64,000 bases of DNA, from assembly GCF_041146345.1 (NCBI RefSeq), contig NW_027191413.1, positions 124,001 to 188,000 of the forward strand, in the 5' to 3' direction. Source of the DNA: Neodothiora populina (taxonomy: Eukaryota). The position numbers were made by a program, and so were the translations under genes. The notes beneath the pieces are model-generated. The model did no database searches. It was not told where the DNA came from and was given only the letters and a program-made list of their open reading frames with translations. This document shows positions 11,979 through 21,611 of the stretch, piece by piece. Numbering within the stretch: the stretch's first letter is position 1; each line of letters opens with the position of its first letter.

Positions 11979-12850
11979 ATGGTTGCCGTCCCGGTCCCGT
12001 TCCCGCGTGAGTGTCCTTCTTCCCTCCTGAAATCCACTACAAGTATTGCATAGGACTCGAGGTAAGTGCAATCCAGCCATGGCTTCCAATTAGCTTTTTC
12101 GCTGGTTCGAGTCTCTATAGTTTCCCTGCTGCCGTCAGCCTGTCTTCTTCTCCTTTCATTCTCCAATCTCAGCAACAGCACAAGCAACCAATACATCCCC
12201 AGCACAGCAACAACAACAACAGTAACAACAGCAACCACCACCTCAGCCGCCGCCTGTGCTGCCGCCTGTGCTGCCTCTGCTGCCGCCTGAGCCGTCGCCT
12301 GCGCCCCCGCCTGTGCCCCTGCCTCTCAGTCGGGCTGGCGTGGAAGCGCAAACGCCTTCATCGAGTTCATAATTCTGGGCGTCGCCTGGTGCGTTAGCGC
12401 CCTTCTCCGCAAATTGTACGAGTCCCCTGCTGTCTGGCTCTGGTATCATATCCAGGGGAGATGGCGTGCCCGCCTTGAGGGCATCTATTATTATGAATCG
12501 GCAACAATGCGTGCCGCCAAGGAAAACATCGCGGCAATACGGGCCTCCAAGCCAGCGCGAGAGAGGGAGGCCGCAAGGCGGAGAAGATGGTCGGGCTTGC
12601 CGATATAGTTAGCAGGCAAGGTATGGGGATGAGGATTTGGGGAAGGGAGAGGGGAAGGGAGAGGGGGAGCCCTGGATGGGGGTGGAGAGACCCTCACACC
12701 AACGATGTATTCTTCACGTTAAATAATTCTGCTGAACAAAGTATTCATTCTCTCTGCAAGATCAATCCCAAAGCGCTGAAACACAGGCCCGTGACACCAG
12801 ACGACAAGTATCTCAGCCATCGACTCACTCCTCATTATCTGAAGACCCTT
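11979..12850 (+). pseudogene. Degenerate copy 1 of the orphan gene at 14965-15534
   Basis: Nucleotide similarity to ~14692-15850, e.g. cactacaag...ggactcgaggta, ctcctttcattctccaatctcagcaaca and gcaagatcaatcccaaagc...aaacacaggcc. The homologous frame is interrupted by TGA at 12288-12290 and lacks the ATG of copy 2. Confidence 0.6.
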
Positions 12851-12876
12851 CTTCAAACACTAGCCCCAACTTGTAC

Positions 12877-12975
12877 ACTACCGAAGTTGTCGATGAAACT
12901 GTACACAATACAGGTAACTTGTGCTCAGAGTAGGCAAGTGGAAAGTCACAGTTGCCCAAGTTGTAAGTGATGATA
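12877..12975 (+). pseudogene. Diverged duplicate fragment of the TyrRS 3' end
   Basis: Translates TTEVVDETVHNTGN-(1-nt shift)-VLRVGKWKVTVAQVVSD versus TTEFVNEVVQETGMLVLRVGKWKVTVVQVVND at 11804-11902. Confidence 0.85.
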
Positions 12976-13477
12976 TATATGATGCAGAGTTGGCAAAAGA
13001 ATCATAAGAACAAGCTCCCGGCTCGGCCGAGTTCAAGGCCGCTAGAGGTGGTATCGATGGAGAACAAGGTCGGTTATGGATGAAGAGATTGCATAGATCT
13101 CCTGTCATTGTAGCATGGAAAAAGGCAACATGTCTGTGAATTCCTGCACCCATTGTTAGCCAAGATCTCCAAGATGCTTCAAGGTCCTGAAGAACAAGTG
13201 ATTGACCCATCGGAGGAGTGTTTGCAACAAACCATGGTGTGAACGTCAAATGGCCAGGGTTGCCCTCGTGGAAATCTCGCTGAAGCTAGTACCGCCAAGC
13301 CTTTCATGCAAGGTCAGGTCCATGACATCAAGCACGCGAAGTGCATGCCAACTTCCACAGCAGGTACAGGTAGGTACTTTACTGTAGTACAAAGGCATTC
13401 CTCAGCATTCCATTTCTTATTATTACATCTCACGTTCGACAGCCTCACCTCTCCTCTACCAATATCACATCCTACCT

Positions 13478-14563
13478 ATGAGCCGACAAATATTCGATGC
13501 CATTGCTGTGTCGTCAATGTCTATCTACGATAGCTTCAATCAACTCCTCATACCATTAACAACTCTGGAAGATCACACCAAGCTGTCGTTTCAGCCGCAG
13601 GAACTAACATTGATAGACGTATTCATCGTCATTGTCCTCTTCCTATTCAGATCCCTCCTTCACTTTGTCAGCCTACGGCGGGACGATGGTGTTCAGCATG
13701 GCTCTCTGGGAACGCCAAAGATGACGCTTTCTATGCCTCTTCGCCTCTCGAAGAGTGACATAGATCGCTTTTCCATGACAGTTCAGCAAGATCGGTCCAA
13801 AGATTTAGATATGAGCAATCCGCAGATATTGCTGTTCTTATCCAGTGTCACTGAACCAGCCATGTTATTGCTCCTTGCAAAACGCTCATGTCCAGTGAGA
13901 CCACTCGGTGCAGTCAATATGAAGAATAGATTCGAGCTGCTGCGCACTGATGGCAAGCCGTCTCCCCTATTAGCTGCAAAGGAAGCGACTGTCACTGCAT
14001 CTCTGCACGGAGCCCCGAAGATTGCAAAGAGAGGCCTCGAGTATGATATTGAGACGACCCTCAGTCTTCGTGACCCCGAAAGTGGAGGCCAGGTCCCTGT
14101 CTTCCGGCAGGTTTTCACCATGCTGCAGTTCATGAAAGTAAAGCAAGATGTGCCTCGCGCTGCTGAAAAGTCAGAAGTCATCACCTCTGCTGCCGTGAAG
14201 TTGCCGATCTACATGGGAACAGACGAACCATCGAAGTGGGCAGCCATATGCAAAGACTACAATCCCATCCACATCTTCAATCTTGCCGCAAAGATCTATG
14301 GATTCTCTGGGAAGATCGCTCACGGCAACCATGTTGTAGCGAAAGCACTAGACATCATATCTAGTCGTTCAGAAGAGTCGCTGCATGTCTTGTACAAGAT
14401 GAAGATGCCAATCTGGATGGAGGTGAGCTTCCGTCGACCTATAAGCGTGCCATCGCGGCTCGAACTCCAGGTTATACAAGGACCAAAGGACGACACAATT
14501 GCAGAGTTCAGGGTGGTCCACGCAGACAAGGTTTGCGTCGAAGGGGCCTTGGGAAAGCTTTGA
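13478..14563 (+). CDS. MaoC-like (hot-dog fold) dehydratase/enoyl-CoA hydratase 2 family protein
   Basis: 361-aa ORF with the hydratase-2 motif KDYNPIH...AAKIYGFSGKIAHGNHV and a C-terminal VSFRRPISVP. Confidence 0.85.
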   Translation: MSRQIFDAIAVSSMSIYDSFNQLLIPLTTLEDHTKLSFQPQELTLIDVFIVIVLFLFRSLLHFVSLRRDDGVQHGSLGTPKMTLSMPLRLSKSDIDRFSMTVQQDRSKDLDMSNPQILLFLSSVTEPAMLLLLAKRSCPVRPLGAVNMKNRFELLRTDGKPSPLLAAKEATVTASLHGAPKIAKRGLEYDIETTLSLRDPESGGQVPVFRQVFTMLQFMKVKQDVPRAAEKSEVITSAAVKLPIYMGTDEPSKWAAICKDYNPIHIFNLAAKIYGFSGKIAHGNHVVAKALDIISSRSEESLHVLYKMKMPIWMEVSFRRPISVPSRLELQVIQGPKDDTIAEFRVVHADKVCVEGALGKL

Positions 14564-14964
14564 GCAAGTACCACAGGATAACGGACGTTACGAATAGGAT
14601 ATCTAAGATGTTAGGAAACGTAGGTATAGTCCATTTCATATTCACATATCAATATGAAGAAGTACGTTCCCACGAAGAACCCTTCACCAGCATGGCCCCC
14701 ATTCCCGCTCGCGTTTCCGATCGGATACCTGTATCGTTCTTTCCTCCTAGATTACACTACAAGCATGGGAAAGGACTCGAGGTAGGTGCGACCCAGTATG
14801 GCTTCCAATTCTTCACGTTTCCGCTGGTTCGAGCCCCTATATTGTCCCTGCTGCTGTCAGCCTGTCTTCTCCTTTCATTCTCCAATCTCAGCAACAACAG
14901 CAGGAGCAGAAGCCCTCAAGATATCCCCAGCAATAACAGAAGCAACAGCAAGCAGAACTTCGAG

Positions 14965-15534
14965 ATGACCACCACTACCACCATCGTCCAGGTCATGACC
15001 AGCACCATCACCGCCATGGCCACCACCACTGTCACCATCACCGCCGCAGCCTCCACTACCTCCACCACCGCCTCTCAGCCCGGCTGGGAGCACAAAATCA
15101 ACGCCATCAGCGGGTTCACGAGCCTGTGTGCCGGCTGGGTTGCCGAGATTAGCCCCCTTGGTTGGTTTCTTGGTGGTTACCTCCTCCGCCAATTGTGGGA
15201 ACGCCCTGTTGCCTGGGTCTGGTTGCATCTGCCAGAGCATTGGCGTGATCGCCTTGTGGATCTCAGGACTGGGCCGGCGGTGTGGCGTGCCGCCCGGCAA
15301 GACTTCGACCAACGTGAAGCCTCCAGGTCAGCACGAGAGGAGAGGGCCGTAAGGTCAGCACAAGAGGAGAGGGCCGCAAGGCAAAGGACCGCGGAGGAAG
15401 GGAGGCAGGAGTCGGCCCAGGCATACAAGGACTGGCGCACCAACGTTTCGGCGGACAGAGATGCGTGGGCCCTCGAAGCCCAGATGATGGAGGAGGGCTC
15501 GCCATTACTCCGGCGAATGCCCAAGGCGCGATAA
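14965..15534 (+). CDS. Orphan protein (Thr-rich N-terminus, hydrophobic Trp-rich middle, Arg/Glu/Ala-rich tail), copy 2
   Basis: In-frame ATG at 14965 within the 333-aa ORF. Protein-level similarity to copy 1 (LLRQLWERPVAWVWLHLPEHWRDRL vs LLRKLYESPAVWLWYHIQGRWRARL) suggests coding history. True start uncertain. Confidence 0.5.
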   Translation: MTTTTTIVQVMTSTITAMATTTVTITAAASTTSTTASQPGWEHKINAISGFTSLCAGWVAEISPLGWFLGGYLLRQLWERPVAWVWLHLPEHWRDRLVDLRTGPAVWRAARQDFDQREASRSAREERAVRSAQEERAARQRTAEEGRQESAQAYKDWRTNVSADRDAWALEAQMMEEGSPLLRRMPKAR

Positions 15535-15835
15535 ACAGGCAGGGGCAGAGGGGGTGGAGCCCTAGAGGGGGGGGGGGGAGGCCCTCACACCAACGACGAG
15601 TCCACACCTCTACGTGGTGTTGGTGACAGCGATCCGATTTTTTTCATAAGATCTCGGATTTAACTAAGCTGGACTCAGACATCTGCTAAACAAAGTATGC
15701 TTTCTTTCCGCAAGATCAATCCCAAAGCACCGAAACACAGGCCTGTGACACCAGAGACAGGTATCCTATTCGACTCGAGCTCTCTCATCTCTCGCCTCTC
15801 TTCCATTGCAGCCACAGCCATCGGCTCACTCCTCG

Positions 15836-16706
15836 TTATTCGAAGAGCTTCCTCCAGAGAGAAGTGCTGACCTGTGGTTCTGTCTGTGGCTTTGGCGGTG
15901 GTGGCGCCCATATCCTCTCTGTGCCCTTGCGCACTTCTATGCCGCCATAGGGCGGATACAGGACCTTGTGATTGCCAATAACTTGGATGGCTCTTGCACA
16001 GCAGGTAAACATTACTTCGCAGTGTCGTTCCGTGCAAGTCGCAAGTGTAAACATCTCTGGATCTCCCAAAGCCGCATCGTATTCCTGTTGTCTCAGCATA
16101 TGGAGGTTCAACGCTAGGAGTCTCCTACGAAGGTCCCCATCAGCGATAGCTGCTTGGAAGAGGAAGGTGCGATGCATGACCAATTCGACGGTACCTATTG
16201 ACGACGCAGGGGAACCGCTCTCGCGTCTTTTGACCATGGCATCCCACGAAAGCACAACAAATTGAACGTGTTCTGTTGAAAGTCTTGTCAGCTTCACTGT
16301 AAAGTATGATTGGCAATAGAAGACGGAACACACCTGGCGCTATGAACAGCAATCTGCCGGGCTCGATCATTGACTCCAAAATCCGCGCATGAACCCAGTC
16401 GCATTGGTCCGCACTTAGGAGGCCTTTCAAGAACAAGCAGCTCCATTGGCTACCTACGCACTCATAGAACCGTAGCAGCGCCGGGTTGAGTCGTTCCTCG
16501 AATGGCAAAGTTGTCAAATCCATGTTGTAAGATGACAAAAGATAATGCAAAAGGAAGCGTCTGAAAGCCACTGCTCTTGAACCTATCATCGGCACTATGT
16601 CTTTGGCAGTGAGCGGTCTGGTGGGCCTGTACGGTGGCGGATCGTCACAGTTATCGCCAAATTGGTCTTTGGTGGCGCACGCCGGAGGTGGTGGAGAGTT
16701 GTCCAC
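15836..16706 (-). CDS. Hypothetical protein, two exons
   Basis: Intron 16273-16333 (GTGTGT...CTGAC...CAG) joins the 204-aa and 165-aa ORF frames. TATAAATA near 16808-16815. Start unclear (GTG at 16706 or ATG at 16589). Confidence 0.45.
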
Positions 16707-17228
16707 GTTATGAGAAGCTGATGAGTCCTTTGGGCTTGGTGCTGAGATCGGCAAAAGACTGATAGCAAGGATGAATATGATGCTGAGAAGAGTGAGGTCG
16801 TGGCTGTATTTATACCAGATTGATGCACATGGAGCTTACAACAAGCTTTCGCATTAAAGTCTATTGCATCGTAGGTCTTACCATATCTACGCTGCTATAG
16901 GCTGGAGTGGGATGGTTCAAGAAACTACAATCATAGGCGCCGTACAAGACCGAGTTGTTGTCGAACGATTCGATGGATCGAGGCAGCATTCACTTGGTAG
17001 CATTCACTTGACACCGAATGAAGATACAAACGATCACTCATGGCTGTCTATATAGAAAATGGTAGCAGATGCTCTGCGGTATGCGGAAATGTGACATGTC
17101 GCGAGGACTCAAGCAATATGTAATGTGATCTGTTGATGGAACGCTCGACAACAGCGATATGCGATCCCAGCATTTTAAGATTGCAATGATTCATATAATC
17201 GTTTTATCGGGATTACTATCATCAATAA

Positions 17229-17327
17229 GGCCGGATAGTGTAGTGGTTATCACGTTTCCTTTACATTGGAGTCTACAAAATTTCAATAGATCGGAAAAGG
17301 CCGCGAGTTCGATCCTCGCTCTGGTCA
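17229..17327 (+). tRNA. tRNA-Val(TAC) with 26-nt intron
   Basis: GGCCGGA acceptor stem pairing with TCTGGTC; A-box TAGTGTAGTGG; anticodon arm TTTCC-TT-TAC-A[intron 17266-17291]C-GGAAA; T-loop GTTCGAT. Confidence 0.95.
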
Positions 17328-17627
17328 TTTAAATAGTGTACGAACGACTAACCAACGTTCTTCCTTTTGCTTTTCTCATCTGGAATTGTTCTTTGTTTTT
17401 GCGTATCTGGACAAGGTTTACAATGTTCTATTTGTTCGACCTCGTAGGTGTGACTACTTTCTTTCTTCACACCTATATAGAATGGTTGATGGGTGATGAT
17501 GAGTGCATTTCGTTGGCATTTTGCTGACGCTGGCATACGGGCTTGTCTCTAGGAGCACGCTCCGCCCCTCGAATACTTCATCTATCGACATGCTTGCGTC
17601 TGTCTATACGGCTGTATATAGAAGAGC

Positions 17628-17806
17628 TCGTTACTAATCAATCTTCCCGATAATTTGTTAATAGATTGGTAATAAACAGTCGATGACTTCAAAATGAACA
17701 GGCAATAAGTCGCTAGTAAAGAGGCGACGAATTTATAGTGAACGGTTGACGAAATTAATGAATTGTCATTGAATTCTGATGAGTATCTGGTAAATGGTCA
17801 ACGACC
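17628..17806 (-). repeat. Dispersed 22-bp tandem-unit element, copy A
   Basis: Minus-strand units ggtcgttgaccatttaccagat / actcatcagaa / ... / acttattgcctgttcattttga / agtcatcgactgtttattacca. Confidence 0.75.
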
Positions 17807-18339
17807 AAAAAACAAATTGTTTTGTAGGTTGTCTACCCTTAGGGCGACAACCTTAGACTATATAGATTATCGCCATTCCTCAGGCAAGAGACATGCTTCT
17901 GCGCATAGTCATTGAAGCTATACATACACACCGTCTACACGAGGGGATGTGAACCCTACGAGATGCACTATTCCGGACCCATTCACAATACTACAGTCTC
18001 CACATGGCAGCGACATCACCTCACGACCATCCGATCTCAATGATCTCGTACGAGTCTACCAGCATCAGGGTAATCATGGATTTTACATCTCCGCAATCAG
18101 TCCTTATGGCAGGTCGTATACATCAGTATAGAGATGTTCGTTCGATGTAAGCGTCATACAGTACATAGACATGACGTACACGGTTCAGAACAACAGTGGG
18201 TGTCTACGAACCACAACTATCAAACGTAGGTGTAATCGTGTGCATTCTTTATATCTAATAATTGTCAAGTCCGATATCACGAGCACTTCCTTGCCAAAAA
18301 ACGAAAAGAAATTAATTTTCCACCGAAACCACTTTCCAA

Positions 18340-18661
18340 ATGCCTCACAGCAAGACCCCCGGCGGCGCAGGCGCATCCGCTAAGTTCGAGAAGCAGCAAG
18401 CACAGAGTACGCACCTTGCCTATCTTCACGCTGCGATCACAAGTACACAACAATATTGACATGAGGACAGCACATGGAACTGGCGCAGACAACGCCCCGG
18501 GCCACACCGAGGCCAGCCGTCCCGGCGAGGCCCCAGTTGCTTCGGACTCCGGAATCAGCAACGTCGGCATCGACAATGGATCGAATCAGCCTGGCGAGAA
18601 GGGCGTCAAGGGCGTTCCTGTCTCGAGTGAGCCGAGCAACCCTGGTGCGAACATGAAGTAA
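18340..18661 (+). CDS. Small Gly-rich hydrophilic protein (85 aa)
   Basis: ATG at 18340 and intron 18407-18470 (GTACGC...TTGAC...CAG) give MPHSKTPGGAGASAKFEKQQAQ|THGTGADNAPGHTEASRPGEAPVASDSG...GANMK, with GC3-rich codons. Confidence 0.7.
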
Positions 18662-19229
18662 ACTTTCAAGATTGGAGGGGAAGTAGAGACTCGCGGACAT
18701 GGAAGCTGGGGCCATTCTTGTTGATGGATTGGGAGGTGGATGATGGCATTGATGTTCATGACGACTTCATGAATCTGTACAAAGTTTGCTTGCTGTTGTG
18801 TCACGACTGGCATTGTGATGAACACATACGGACTTGCATTGAAGTGCAATGATACCACAATTGAAGCTTATATTCGTTTACTCCCCTGAATAAGCTGCAC
18901 TTAGATGTCATGATCTGGAGTTTTGTGTCATCGACTATCGTCTCCATTCCGTGTCCCACCCATCACCTCCTTCTTGTGTCTTGATTATAATCTCCATTTC
19001 GAGTAGTCATCGACTGTCATTTCCTTTGTGTCATCGCTGTGTCTCTACCTGTGTCAAATCCCTCTCTCCCTTTCTTCCTGAGTAGCCGCATCGTGTATAG
19101 TTGAAAAACCAATATCGAGTCTCTTAGCTTATCCGCTCGTTCCGCTGTCGGATATCTTTCGAATCCCCAAGCAGGGATCCATGTGTTGTATACGTATTCA
19201 ATGCACGCAAAGAGAAGGTGACAGACCAT

Positions 19230-20397
19230 CTAAGCTTCGTCGGCACAGTAGCAGTCTTCGTCCTCATAGACGTCCTCGTAGACGTTTCCGTTGGATTTTC
19301 CTTCACCTCTGGTGGACTTGGTGTTCTTGTCGAATACTTCTTCGGCGCGATCACTTTCCTCGTCAGTCAAAGTCTCGTCGTGACTGTGGCGCGCAGAATC
19401 ATCATCGTCGTCGTCGTCGTCATCATTAGATTCAGTCCGAGATGCAGAAGCTGGCAGAGGAGGCAGACTCTGTAGACGAGCGAGCCGTTCTCTCTTTAGC
19501 ACTGCTTCGCTTTTGGCATGTGGAGCGGAGCTCATCATGTCTTTTGCGCGACTGGAGCTCTTATTCGCATGAGGACGTTCGGATTTGATGGTTTTGGCCG
19601 ACGCAGAAGAAGGTAGGTATTCGTCGCTGCTGAGCGAGTCGACAGGAATAGACACGCCCTCTGCAGGTGCATAATTGTCAGACCTTTGAAAGAAGAGAGG
19701 GGAATCGTAGTCGATGACAGAAAACGTTTCGTCTTCGTTGGTCGGAGCGATGGTGGCACGTTTCTTGTTAGGCAAGTCAGGGGTAGTGGCGACTCCTGTG
19801 CCTCGTTTTCTTTTTCCTCCGTTGCTGACTTTATTGCCATTCTCGACATCTGTGTCCGCAGTGTTCAAGGTATCACTGGGGCCAGAAGCAGCCTCGATCT
19901 TTCTCTTGATCGCAGTCCAGGCGTTACGTGCAGATCCCTGCTTCAGTCCGATCAAGTTCGCGAATTGAGTTAGATCGATCTATAGAATCAGATCAACTCA
20001 CGGACAAGCGGTTTTGGCAATGGTAGACTCACCTGCGGATCGATTTTGAAACACTGAAATGCAGCCACGATGTGATTGCCTTCTCTGGCGCTGAACGTGT
20101 TTGGAGTCTTGGGAGACTTGGTCGTCAACTTCTTCCTGATTGCAGCCCATGCGTTTCGGGCGGATCCTTCCTTGAGATTGATCGCTATTGCGAAAGGCGG
20201 GAGGTCGATCTGCGCGGCGTCAATCAGTGAGCTCGTAGTTGTCAATTTTCGTGATGACGAAGTAGATAGCTAGGGAATAGGAGATGCGAGAATAGACTTA
20301 CCTGCGGTTCATTCTTCAGGGATTGGAATGCCGCGACCATGTATCTCGATTCACGCTCGGTGAAGAGAGGTATTGTTGGTCTGCTGTTTGGCGCCAT
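19230..20397 (-). CDS. Protein with two tandem small helical (Myb/HTH-like) domains and an acidic tail
   Basis: Introns 20210-20301 and 19980-20032. Repeats FTERESRYMVAAFQSLKNEPQ|IDLPPFAIAINLKEGSARNAWAAIRKKL and FSAREGNHIVAAFQCFKIDPQ|IDLTQFANLIGLKQGSARNAWTAIKRKI. Confidence 0.75.
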
Positions 20398-21611
20398 TTT
20401 CTTTGCTACTGTTTTGAAACTATAGGCTATGTTCTTGCTTGTAAAGAGTACTTGGGCTCGAGAGGTATTTTGTTGTTGTTGATCTTGTTGCGATCAAGTG
20501 TAGAGTGAAAAACTTGGATGTAGTGACTCCTTCCTTCTTCTGTTTCGAAGTCAGGGAAGAAGTAAGCAAAGTGGTCCTAAAGTGAAGAAGAGCCCCAAAG
20601 GAAGTTGTCTCGAGAGTTAAGACGATTTCACTCCGCAAGCACGGCTCCGACGATAAAATGCTAAAAGCAGGAAAGTGCAAGTGCAAGTGAACACGAGCAA
20701 GAAGCAAAGAAGTGAAATTGAACCGCTCGCAGAACAAATGAATCAAAACACATCAAAAACACCTACCTCATCAGCCCCTCAAAAAGATCACCCCGACCTC
20801 ACGCCTCCCTGAAGCCCTCCAAATAAACCCCAGTGAAAACTTAGAGAACCAGTCACCCAACACCATAACCCAGAACCCCCAAGCTAGCTCAAGCTCAAAT
20901 TCGATTCGTCTAAACCACGCTCTTCCTCTTCTTTTCGGTCACCTGAGGGTTCTTACACGGGGGCGGTTCGCAGACCCAAAAGCAAAGCAAAGAAAGCAAA
21001 CCACAGTAGAGTGCCGATTGGAGGTTTGACGCCATTTACTTGTCCAGTGTTCTCGATTCTCTCTCCGTCTTATAGACAGGAGACAAGGGAAAGAAAAAAT
21101 GGGAGGGGAGTAGAATGTAATATGGTGTGTTTATTGGGTTTTCTGGTTCTGGCTCCGTCGTTAGGGGTAATACCTTCTTGCGTGCTACTTGCTGGTGCTT
21201 TTTGCAGATTTATTGTCGGTTGAGTGAGTGGGTTGTGGGTTTATGAGTTGCAGCAATTTTGTCTGAGGATATATAGTGGTTGTGGTGATGTGCTGCAGCT
21301 TGTTTCATGTTCATGAGTGATCGTGCATAAGGTACCTTAGGCACCTAGTCGTCGTGGGGATTTCATGCAGGGTTTCTTCTGTTTTGCGGACACTGCAGCT
21401 TGGAAGGTGCGCGTGCGTGAGACAGGCAGTTTTGTATTGGAGGCTTGTTCTTGGGTTTAGCATGCTCATGATCAGGGATGGGCTGATAATTAACTTCTTG
21501 GTATAGTCATTGCAAAGATGGGTATATAGCTTCAAATCATATAGCAACAGAGTTAGAAAATTGCCACCAGTCATTCATCTCTTCTTGGTCCTCGTTACCA
21601 ACACCGAGTCC

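Noticed and set aside
18900..19070. Loose TGTGTC/GTCATCG repeats
   Set aside because: No regular period and no match to the 22-bp family; probably low-complexity 3' flank sequence.
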